A stretch of DNA of 64,000 nucleotides from Patescibacteria group bacterium (GTDB lineage Bacteria > Patescibacteriota > Patescibacteriia > 2-12-FULL-60-25): the NCBI GenBank assembly GCA_041661725.1, contig JBAZTX010000003.1:218794-282793 (forward strand). Reading direction: 5' to 3'. Both the position numbers and the translations under genes were made by a program. Shown here piece after piece: positions 53,161 through 61,020 of this stretch; position 1 is the first letter of the stretch; each line of letters opens with the position of its first letter. The notes below the pieces were generated by a model. The model was given only the letters and a program-made list of their open reading frames with translations, was not told the origin of the DNA and made no database searches.

Positions 53161-53189
53161 AATTTAGCATAAATTAGCCATTTTGTCAA
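53161..53189 (-). promoter_or_regulatory. Sigma70-type promoter for the 52965-51937 gene string
   Basis: Minus strand reads TTGACA, 17 nt spacer, TAAATT. It would give a ~190 nt leader. Confidence 0.55.
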
Positions 53190-53230
53190 GGATAAGAAGT
53201 TCTGTTTTTGGTGTTTTTGGCTAACTAATG

Positions 53231-53436
53231 ACTAGAAACTGACAACTGTAAACTGGAAAGAGCGAATTAAGTTGTTAAGCACTGAGATTTCTCTCCCGCC
53301 TCCAACTGATACATGTCTGCGGGATCCCGAAGGAAGCGGGACACTTCGCTTTTACGCTACGGTCGAAATGACAGGAGGGGAGGAACTTTCCGGTAGAAAT
53401 GACGGAGGGTACTCTTTCCAGTTTACAGTTTCTAGT
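53231..53436. mobile_element. PE-1 element whose arms are separated by ~150 nt of other repeat-family sequence (nested insertion)
   Basis: Left arm actagaaactgacaactgtaaactggaaagagcg (53231-53264) and right arm ctctttccagtttacagtttctagt (53412-53436). The interior carries gggatcccgaaggaagcggg...cgctacggtcgaaatgaca, related to 50246-50362. Confidence 0.7.
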
Positions 53437-53451
53437 TTATCCTGTTGCAGT

Positions 53452-53673
53452 ATGAAAAAGATTACTAAAATAGTCGTTGATCGTGAGCTCTGCATTGGCG
53501 CAGCCCCGTGCGTAGTCGTGGCGCCGAAAGTTTTTCAGTTGGATAATGAAAATAAAGCAATCGTCGTAGATGCGCACGGAGCGGACGATGATACGATTTT
53601 GCTGGCAGCTCAATCTTGTCCGGTGCAGGCAATCAGTTTGTTTGACGAAGAGGGGAATCAGATTTATCCGTAA
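53452..53673 (+). CDS. Small ferredoxin (single-cluster type)
   Basis: 73 aa. VVDRELCIGAAPCVVVAPKVF...AAQSCPVQAI is typical of Fer4_13/15-type ferredoxins. First ATG after the repeat. Confidence 0.75.
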   Translation: MKKITKIVVDRELCIGAAPCVVVAPKVFQLDNENKAIVVDAHGADDDTILLAAQSCPVQAISLFDEEGNQIYP

Positions 53674-53777
53674 AATCCCACCCACAGGATCTCTCCGAAC
53701 GAAAGTAAATAAAAAAGAGCCCCACTTAGCCGAGGCTTCGTGGGGCAAGTAAGCTAGAGCGGAGCGTCCGCTCTTTT

Positions 53778-55136
53778 TTATTTCTTGCGCGCTGGAGGCG
53801 GATCGACGAAGTCTTGAATAGCTTGGTCGTTCACGCTGTCGCGCAATCCGCTGAAAATGTCGTCATTACTTCCTTCGGCGACATGCTCAGCGTGGGTGAG
53901 CGGACGAACATTTCGGATTTCGTCCGGAATGCCGATCGAAGATGTTTGGGTCCCATCGAAGGCAGGATCTCTTTCGACGCCCGTAGGAACATTGATCCCT
54001 CGCGGCCGTGAAGAAGTCTCGGGTCGTGAACCGAATTCCGCTGTGCGCCGAGGGTCGAAATGTGATTGAGCTACTGGAAGCGGCGGCGGTGTTATTCGTC
54101 TCGCCGGAGCCGGCCTAGGTGCGCGCGCCGGCGGCGGGATGACGACCGGTGCGGAAGGTTCTTCTGGCTCGAGTCCGATCGACATAGTCTCTCTTGGTTC
54201 TGCCAGGCTTACGCTCGCCGGCGATTCGTCATCCGCAATAACTTCGAGTTCGCCGGTAGAAACGTCATCCCAGTCGATTGAGTCGTCTGCTTGTGCTGCT
54301 GACGGCTCGACGGAATCCAGGAATCGGAGAGACAGTGCCTCGATATCGTCTTCATCAGCCGGCGGCGGTTCCTCACCTAAGAGCAAGTGCAGTGCCGCGT
54401 CGCGGATGAACATCTTGGGATTGTCGCGACTGATCATGTCCAGTCCGCGCTGAATACGATTCGCGTGCAGCTCGAGCTCGCTCTGGCGTTGTCGAGCTTC
54501 TTCAATGACGCGCTGCGCCGCTTCCGCTGCCTGCGTCGCTTTTTCGGCAAGGGTCTTGTAGCGCTCCAAGGCGTTGTCACGCAGCGCCTTCCAGTCAGCA
54601 TGCTCTTCGTCCATCCTGATAGTCCGACGGCGCATAGAATCAACGAGCTGCTTGAACTTGCCGTTCTCTTGGATCTGCAATTCGAGCTCTTCCTGGATAC
54701 TCTCGAGAAGTGCGAGATCGCCGCGGTTGGCAGCTGGATTTTTAGGCAGGCAGCCGGTAGCTACGATGCCTTGCAGAACCAAAGACTGCTGCGAGACGGA
54801 CAGGACGACTTCCTTGAGCATGAGCATACTCGCCAGGATGTCGGGTACGGGAATCGCCTCGATTACCGCGCGTTCACTGACGACGCGATAGCGGATTCGG
54901 TATCCCATGTTTTGCGTCGATGCTGGGTGAAAACGGAAGTAGTCACCCTCTTCCAGGCGGTCGACGGTTTTGAACTGGTTTGCTGACTCCAACTCAATAT
55001 CCACGGAGCCCGCCTTCACCTTAAAGACGCAACCCGGATATTTGTCGACGTCGATCAGCTTGTCCCTGGCGCGGACAAGAGTTGATCTCGAAGCAGACTG
55101 TGAAGATACGAAACGGTTGAGCTTGTCGCTTGCCAT
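53778..55136 (-). CDS. GC-rich hypothetical protein: N-terminal beta-barrel-like domain, coiled coil, long Pro-rich acidic tail
   Basis: 452 aa from ATG 55136 (SD gaggag). The ORF-track TTG start at 55274 lies inside the -35 box. GDYFRF within the N-domain is faintly cNMP-binding/cupin-like. Confidence 0.65.
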   Translation of the reverse strand: MASDKLNRFVSSQSASRSTLVRARDKLIDVDKYPGCVFKVKAGSVDIELESANQFKTVDRLEEGDYFRFHPASTQNMGYRIRYRVVSERAVIEAIPVPDILASMLMLKEVVLSVSQQSLVLQGIVATGCLPKNPAANRGDLALLESIQEELELQIQENGKFKQLVDSMRRRTIRMDEEHADWKALRDNALERYKTLAEKATQAAEAAQRVIEEARQRQSELELHANRIQRGLDMISRDNPKMFIRDAALHLLLGEEPPPADEDDIEALSLRFLDSVEPSAAQADDSIDWDDVSTGELEVIADDESPASVSLAEPRETMSIGLEPEEPSAPVVIPPPARAPRPAPARRITPPPLPVAQSHFDPRRTAEFGSRPETSSRPRGINVPTGVERDPAFDGTQTSSIGIPDEIRNVRPLTHAEHVAEGSNDDIFSGLRDSVNDQAIQDFVDPPPARKK

Positions 55137-55246
55137 TAGACTCTCCTCGTAGATCCCCGCAGCATTATGCGCAGGGGAAAGAACGATTGTTTTTGTTTTA
55201 AATCTTTCATCCGGCGCTACTCGCAAAGAGCTTAGCCGAACGTGTG

Positions 55247-55274
55247 ATTGTACATTTTTTTGGGACTTTGTCAA
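55247..55274 (-). promoter_or_regulatory. Near-consensus sigma70 promoter for 53778-55136
   Basis: Minus strand reads TTGACA, 16 nt spacer, TACAAT, giving a ~110 nt leader. Confidence 0.7.
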
Positions 55275-55282
55275 CCCTATTT

Positions 55283-55353
55283 AACTAGAAACTGGAAAGA
55301 GCGATTCGGTTTAACACATAACTCTTTCCAGTTTCTAGTTTCCAGTTTTCAGT
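55283..55353. repeat. PE-1 palindromic element, full copy
   Basis: aactagaaactggaaagagcgattcggtttaacacataactctttccagtttctagtttccagttttcag. Its right arm encodes the last codons (ILKTGN) and the TAG stop of the methyltransferase gene. Confidence 0.85.
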
Positions 55354-56534
55354 ATCCTTACGTTCCTACGCAGATGCTGTCCGGTTCTTTCGTAATACAT
55401 GTCCATTTGCCTTAGATTGGCGGGCAAATCCTCCAAAGCGAATCCCAGTGACGCAAAGTCGATGTCCGAATCCGTTGCAATGATTTGCGAGCCGACTTTG
55501 TAAGACGGAAAAATGGCAACAATGCGTCCATCTTTTTTCATCAATGGTTTAAGCGCTGCCAGAGCATCTTTCCAAAGTTGAGTGATTTGAGATGCGTTTT
55601 TTTGAATCTCGCTCAACGATTCGCGGCCTCTCAAGGCAGGTCCGAGCCAGCCTTCCGTAACAACCGCATCAATCGATTTCGGCGAAAGATAGTGCCCGAC
55701 TTCTTTTACATCAGAAGTAAAAACTTTAAAACGAGTTTCATCGTCTTGCGATAAAATATTTTTATTCAAAAGCCATTCTAAGTTTCCGGAAGTGTCATCC
55801 GTTTGTCGTTCGTCGATGTCGCTGCCGATTATTTTTGTTTCGCTTGTCGCCAAAGCGGCTTCCATTAAAATAGTGCCTGATCCGCAAAACGGATCCAACA
55901 AAGTTCCGCCGTCCGGCGTTTGTGCAAGATTGACCATCATGCGCGCAAGTTTTGGCGGCAACATTCCGTTGATATCATCGCGGCATGGGCGGCCGTAATC
56001 GCGCAAACTCCACGCGTCAGCATCTTGTACCTGCGTTGTGCGTCCCAAAAAAGTTTTGCCTTTGTCGAGCATCAAACAAAAATCTGCGTTTGGTTGTTCG
56101 GTCAGATGGCATTTGGCCACCGCGGCAGGGGAGAGCGGCTGCCCGCCTTCGCCGCTGACCCAACGGATCTTCCATCCCAATTCTTTTAATGCACGTTTAA
56201 TGTGCAATGGATATTTTTCAAAAATCTTTTTTTCTTTTCCATTTCCTCCAAAGGACGTCCAACCGAATTCAAGACCTGTCATCTCTTGTTTGCCGGAGGC
56301 GAGCTGTGCAATATCTGCAGCTTTCAAATCCGTGCCTTTTGACTCCAAAATCACGTCGCCGAGCTTAATGACTCCGCCAAGTTGGCTCATTAGAACATCA
56401 GCCTGCCAGTCGTTCATCTCCACGATGCAGGTGTTTGGAGTTTGGGAGACTATTTTCGCCTTTGGTTTAAAAGCCAAAAATTCCGCTAAAGATAGCCGTG
56501 GATGGTTGCCGAAGACAAGAAAGTGGAGAGCCAT
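55335..56534 (-). CDS. THUMP-like + class I SAM-dependent RNA (guanine-N2-type, Trm11/RlmL-like) methyltransferase
   Basis: N-terminal FLVFGNHPRLSLAEF, SAM motif I LLDPFCGSGTILMEAAL, motif IV-like DAVVTEGWLGP. Start taken at MALHF; the upstream extension consists of cgtccc repeat words. Confidence 0.65.
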   Translation of the reverse strand: MALHFLVFGNHPRLSLAEFLAFKPKAKIVSQTPNTCIVEMNDWQADVLMSQLGGVIKLGDVILESKGTDLKAADIAQLASGKQEMTGLEFGWTSFGGNGKEKKIFEKYPLHIKRALKELGWKIRWVSGEGGQPLSPAAVAKCHLTEQPNADFCLMLDKGKTFLGRTTQVQDADAWSLRDYGRPCRDDINGMLPPKLARMMVNLAQTPDGGTLLDPFCGSGTILMEAALATSETKIIGSDIDERQTDDTSGNLEWLLNKNILSQDDETRFKVFTSDVKEVGHYLSPKSIDAVVTEGWLGPALRGRESLSEIQKNASQITQLWKDALAALKPLMKKDGRIVAIFPSYKVGSQIIATDSDIDFASLGFALEDLPANLRQMDMYYERTGQHLRRNVRILKTGN

Positions 56535-56712
56535 AATAAACGCCAATATGATACAGCGTCCCGCGTCCCGCGTCCATCGTCCCACGTTAGCGGTCAAACC
56601 TTGACTTTTTGAGTTATTTATGGTGGTCTATGCGTATCTCGTATATTCTATACGAAGGTCTTCGACAACCTAAAAGACGGCTATGGCGGCCGTCAAACCA
56701 GGGAGAAAGACA

Positions 56713-58716
56713 ATGTCTCACCACGTACTGTCCGTACTGTATTCGATCGTTGGACGGAGGGGAGCGTTGTCGCTGGTAACCCTCCTCGTCACTCTTCTCG
56801 TCGCGCTGACTGCGCAGACCGCGCGTGCCGACGACAACCCGTACGCTTCTGAAGCCTGCGTGACGACGATCAACCCCGACAAGGTGATTGGCGACAAGCA
56901 CTTCAGCGTCATCACCATCAACAAAAGATTGGCGCACGAGAGTCCTAAGACGTGCAGTCTTCGGACCGCGCATCAGATACACCCGATCGTCGTCGACGGC
57001 AAGCAGCTTGATGTCGAGTCCTGGTTGCGCAGCGTGTACGCCGCCAATCAGAGCGAGCATCCGACGGTTTTGTGCCGTTGCGTGTCGCGCTCCGGAAAGG
57101 TGTCGCAGTGCTCAACCGGAACAGATTCGTTCTGCTCCGATGGCACAGTAGCCAACATCATGGGCGTACCATCCAACGGGTGGAAGGCTTATATTCTCAT
57201 TCCGAGCACGTTAATGCTTACTCAAGAGCAGAGGAACATCGCTGCCGCCAAGGCCGCATGTGCCGAGGCAAGCGGTGCGAGCGCCATTAATGCGTGTCGC
57301 GAAGCAGGCCTTCTTCTGCAGACTCCCGGTCCCGCGGTCCCTTATGTCAGCGATGCAGAGATCTTCAAGAAGGAGATGGAAGCTTCGAAGGCCAAGGTCG
57401 CGGAGATGACGACCAGGCTCGCGCAGATGGATGAACAACTGGTCGAAACCCAGAAGGCGCTTGCCGCTGCGCGCTCTGATGCGAACTCATGGTTGTTGGG
57501 AGTCGTAATAGAGGCGATTGCGTACGCCGTTCTTAACTTGGTTCTCGCCTGGTACATCTGGACCAAGCGAAAGCTCGCAAAAGAGCTCAAGAAAGAACGC
57601 GCGGCAAACGAGGAACTCAACCGTGCAAACCTGGAGTTGCATGCAGGGCTGGCTAAGGCCGGCGACTTCTTGAAACAACAAGGCCTCGAACATCGCAAGG
57701 CCATGTCGCGGCTTGAGAACGAAGCGCGTGATGAAATCAGGCGCCTCAAGGATGAAAACAAAAAGCTCGATCAAGAGCTGAACAAGACCAAGAATGTCTT
57801 GCGCAACGTCAATATCGACAAGGCGACGAAAGAGGTTGAGGAAATCCGACAGGAAATTGCTAGACTCAACCTGCTCCGCACCGGCGACGTCGAGGTCTTG
57901 AGTCAGCGCTTGAGTCAGATTCCCGGCGAAGCCGCCGCTCTAACTCAGCCGTCCGACAGACGTGCTGACAAGATGAATAAGGTCATTGAATTCTACAGCG
58001 GTGAGCTTGGTGATCTCATCCAGGGCTGTGCGCCGGACGGTTACAGTCTCGTGCCGCCGGCTATGGACGACATGGATCAGGCGAAGCGTTTGGTTGCCAA
58101 GATCGCGCGCCTTGTCGCCGACAAGGAAATTGAACTCGAGGCGCTGCGCCAAGCGGCTCCTCTCGCAGTTCGGCCTTTGAACGACAACGCCGCTAGTGCG
58201 GCTGACTCTGCATCTTCCGCGGGCGCGGCTGATTCAGCCCCCGCAGGAAGTCCTAAGGACATCGACGACGCGACCATGATTCGCGCCGTGGACAAAGTTG
58301 TTGACCTCTTGTCCCACTGGTTCGAAGCTCTGCGCCGCGTTGCAGAACTTGAAACGCGCATCAAGACGTCGCAAGACGTTGTTCGCGCTCTCAAAGATCC
58401 GTTCAATATACCGGCAGTGCAGTCGGGGCTCGATGCGCATCGCATCGAGTTGGGAGACGCTCGCAAAGAGGAGAATGAGCTAAGTAATAAGCTCAACTCG
58501 CTGGGAGCGAATCGACTCACGCTCCGCGCGGCGGAAGTCTCCAAGGATGACTACGTTGATCTTGTGAAGGTAAAGTCGATCATTCTCCAAGAACTGATTG
58601 ACGTCTTGAACCATGCGGCTCCGGCCGCAAGAGTTGGCGCTGCGCCTACTGCGTATGCGCATACTATTCCGCCGCCAAACGGCACAGACGATCCAAATGG
58701 TGGACACTCCACCTGA
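56713..58716 (+). CDS. GC-rich membrane protein: Cys-rich extracytoplasmic domain, one TM, long cytoplasmic coiled coil
   Basis: Signal/anchor LVTLLVTLLVALTAQTARA, 12+ Cys in the first 230 aa, TM WLLGVVIEAIAYAVLNLVLAWYIW, then heptad-rich K/E/L sequence. SD gggaga. Confidence 0.7.
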   Translation: MSHHVLSVLYSIVGRRGALSLVTLLVTLLVALTAQTARADDNPYASEACVTTINPDKVIGDKHFSVITINKRLAHESPKTCSLRTAHQIHPIVVDGKQLDVESWLRSVYAANQSEHPTVLCRCVSRSGKVSQCSTGTDSFCSDGTVANIMGVPSNGWKAYILIPSTLMLTQEQRNIAAAKAACAEASGASAINACREAGLLLQTPGPAVPYVSDAEIFKKEMEASKAKVAEMTTRLAQMDEQLVETQKALAAARSDANSWLLGVVIEAIAYAVLNLVLAWYIWTKRKLAKELKKERAANEELNRANLELHAGLAKAGDFLKQQGLEHRKAMSRLENEARDEIRRLKDENKKLDQELNKTKNVLRNVNIDKATKEVEEIRQEIARLNLLRTGDVEVLSQRLSQIPGEAAALTQPSDRRADKMNKVIEFYSGELGDLIQGCAPDGYSLVPPAMDDMDQAKRLVAKIARLVADKEIELEALRQAAPLAVRPLNDNAASAADSASSAGAADSAPAGSPKDIDDATMIRAVDKVVDLLSHWFEALRRVAELETRIKTSQDVVRALKDPFNIPAVQSGLDAHRIELGDARKEENELSNKLNSLGANRLTLRAAEVSKDDYVDLVKVKSIILQELIDVLNHAAPAARVGAAPTAYAHTIPPPNGTDDPNGGHST

Positions 58717-58745
58717 CCCCCACACTTCTCGGGGTCTCTTTTTTT
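58715..58745 (+). terminator. Intrinsic terminator
   Basis: gacccc-cacacttctc-ggggtc followed by tcttttttt. Confidence 0.75.
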
Positions 58746-58814
58746 ATCCCTCCTTGCTGGGATGGTCGGAACCCCCTCGCCCTCATGCCGGACTACCACC
58801 TCCCCCTTCGGGTA

Positions 58815-58979
58815 CTCCTCCTTCGCAAGGAGGAGAGTCGGAAAACCTCAGTCTCGTCGGACTCGCCAGCTCCTTTATCAAGGAGCAGTTTTGAGTAACT
58901 TAGTAACTACCCCCTAGGCAAAGGGGGTAGGGGGGTTTTCGGAAACTCACAAACTACTCTCCTCCTGGTGTAGGAGGAG
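58815..58979. repeat. String of four short GC hairpins
   Basis: ctcctcc-ttcgcaa-ggaggag (58815-58835), gctcc-tttatcaa-ggagc (58869-58886), ctaccccc-taggcaaa-gggggtag (58907-58930), ctcctcc-tggtgta-ggaggag (58959-58979). Confidence 0.8.
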
Positions 58980-59139
58980 TGGCGAACGCGTAGAGAGCCG
59001 AGGTGGTAGACGGCTGGTCTTGACTGAAAGCAGGTAATATATTAAGTTATAGGCCATTAATACCTAACCTTTGCCGGCCAAAATCCCGAATTTTTAGCCA
59101 AAAACGGGGTTTCCGCAAATAGCGGACGTGCAAAAAACT

Positions 59140-59685
59140 ATGCGACTTTACGAGTTGCTTTACATCATCCCGGCTACCCTGGCTGAAGAAGAAGTCAGCC
59201 AAGCCGAGAATGAGATCCAGGCGCTTATCCAGCGCTACAACGGCGTGCCAAAAGAAACGCGCCGCTTGGGCAAGTTCAAGTTTACATATTTAATTAAAAA
59301 GGTCAGACATGGCCATTACGTGCTTTCTTATTTTGAGGCAGAACCGGTAGAGGTCGCCAAAATCAACGAGGCGCTGCGCATTCATGAAAAAGTTTTGCGC
59401 CATCTGATTTTGCGCGCCGAAGAAGCGGGCGGAAGCGAGTTTAATCTGGTACAATTCCAAGAGGTGGTTGTGGAAGGCGGCGCCAAAGATGACCGCACAA
59501 GACGCCGCAAGATGGAGGCTGAAAAATCCAAGGCAGCAGAAGATGTCAAAGTCGCCGCGGAGTTAGACGCCAAGCCTGAAGAAAAAACGGAAGACGAGGA
59601 AGGCTCTGTAAAAGAAGAGGCTGAAAAAATCAGCCCCGAAGAGCTCGACCGCAAAATCGACGCTGCGCTCACTGAAAATACGTAA
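59140..59685 (+). CDS. rpsF: 30S ribosomal protein S6 with long K/E-rich C-terminal extension
   Basis: MRLYELLYIIP...HGHYVLSYFEAEP...LRHLILR, followed by ~85 aa of charged tail. The ORF-track start is GTG at 59128. Confidence 0.9.
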   Translation: MRLYELLYIIPATLAEEEVSQAENEIQALIQRYNGVPKETRRLGKFKFTYLIKKVRHGHYVLSYFEAEPVEVAKINEALRIHEKVLRHLILRAEEAGGSEFNLVQFQEVVVEGGAKDDRTRRRKMEAEKSKAAEDVKVAAELDAKPEEKTEDEEGSVKEEAEKISPEELDRKIDAALTENT

Positions 59686-59731
59686 TTTATTCATTGTTAA
59701 TTGTTATTTGTAAATTGTTAATTGAATAAGT

Positions 59732-60181
59732 ATGTCCATGAGCTTGAATCGCGCCACGATCATCGGCAATCTGACCAGGGATCCGGAAATGCGCACAACC
59801 ACCAGCGGCCAGAGCGTTGTAAACTTTTCAGTCGCAACATCGTCGCAGTGGACTGATGCTGCCGGTCAGCGCCAAGAGCGCACCGAGTATCATCCCATTG
59901 TCGCTTGGGGCAAGTTGGCGGAAATCTGCCATCAGTACCTTGGCAAGGGCCGCAAGGTCTATATCGAAGGACGCTTGCAAACCCGCGAGTGGGAAACTCC
60001 GGACGCGCAAAAGCGCCAGCGCACCGAAATCGTTGCCGACAACATGATCATGTTGGATAAAGCCGGCCAAGGCGGGGCAGTTGCACCGACCACGGTTAGA
60101 ACGCCTGATGACAGTCCGGTACCGCAGGTCGAACCTGGCGTGGGCGATCAAGAAATCAGGATAGAAGATATTCCATTTTAA
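59732..60181 (+). CDS. ssb: Single-stranded DNA-binding protein
   Basis: LNRATIIGNLTRDPEMRTT..G..V.NFSVAT OB fold, with the C-terminal acidic tip EDIPF. Confidence 0.95.
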   Translation: MSMSLNRATIIGNLTRDPEMRTTTSGQSVVNFSVATSSQWTDAAGQRQERTEYHPIVAWGKLAEICHQYLGKGRKVYIEGRLQTREWETPDAQKRQRTEIVADNMIMLDKAGQGGAVAPTTVRTPDDSPVPQVEPGVGDQEIRIEDIPF

Positions 60182-60186
60182 ACTCT

Positions 60187-60402
60187 ATGAATAAAAAAAC
60201 TCCGCATAATTGTTATTTCTGCCACTCGAACATCGAAGAGATCAACTATAAAGACACTAACTTGCTGCGCCGCTATCTTTCCTCTTTCGGCAAGATAGTA
60301 GCCCGCAAGCGCTCCGGCGCCTGCAGCTGGCACCAGCGTAAGTTGGCCGGCGCTATCAAACGCGCACGCTTTATGGCCATCCTTCCATTCGTAGTCAGAT
60401 AA
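60187..60402 (+). CDS. rpsR: 30S ribosomal protein S18
   Basis: CYFC...INYKDTNLLRRYLSSFGKIVARKRSGACSWHQRKLAGAIKRARFMAILPF. Confidence 0.95.
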   Translation: MNKKTPHNCYFCHSNIEEINYKDTNLLRRYLSSFGKIVARKRSGACSWHQRKLAGAIKRARFMAILPFVVR

Positions 60403-60405
60403 GTT

Positions 60406-60434
60406 AAAAACCCCGACTTGACGTCGGGGTTTTG
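60406..60434 (+). terminator. Intrinsic terminator of the rpsF-ssb-rpsR operon
   Basis: aaaaaccccgac-ttga-cgtcggggtttt. Confidence 0.85.
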
Positions 60435-60469
60435 ATTAGCGTGTTCATTTGTGATTTACTATCAATCAT

Positions 60470-60967
60470 ATGACAGATCAATCTTTAGAGCATCATCGTC
60501 CTTCAGCGGACGAATATTTCCTCGAAATAGCCAAGACCGTCGGCTCGCGCGGCACTTGCGACCGCGGACGCATCGGCGTCGTTCTTGTCAAAGATAAAAG
60601 AATCTTGGCAACCGGTTATGTCGGTTCGCCGATCGGCACGCCGCATTGCGACGAGGTCGGACACCAAATGCACAAAGTCACGCATGAGGACGGAACCGTG
60701 ACTCAACACTGCGTGCGTACTTCCCACGCCGAGATAAATGCAATCTGCAATGCGGCCCGTTACGGCGTTGCCATCGACGGCGCAACTTTGTATGGTAAGT
60801 TTGAGCCGTGTTATACTTGTGCCAAAGCGATGATAAACGCCGGCATCAAGCGCGCTGTTTACGAGCGTTGCTATCACGCGGCAAGCGAATCCAGAGAACT
60901 GTTCAAACAAGCCGGCGTGGAGCTTGTCGTGTTGTCCGACGAAGTCGAGCAGTACGCGAATCAATAA
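60470..60967 (+). CDS. comEB: dCMP deaminase (ComEB-type)
   Basis: DEYFLEIAKTVGSRGTC.R..IGVVLV, HAEINAI, PCYTCAKAMINAGIKRAVY. Confidence 0.9.
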   Translation: MTDQSLEHHRPSADEYFLEIAKTVGSRGTCDRGRIGVVLVKDKRILATGYVGSPIGTPHCDEVGHQMHKVTHEDGTVTQHCVRTSHAEINAICNAARYGVAIDGATLYGKFEPCYTCAKAMINAGIKRAVYERCYHAASESRELFKQAGVELVVLSDEVEQYANQ

Positions 60968-61020
60968 ATGACATTTAATAACCAATAAACAATTCTGGCT
61001 ATCGTCTATCGTCTAATAAT

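Noticed and set aside
55137-55274. The ORF-track start of 53778-55274 (TTG at 55274).
   Set aside because: That TTG is the first three bases of the TTGACA -35 box. The internal ATG at 55136, preceded by gaggag, is the plausible start.
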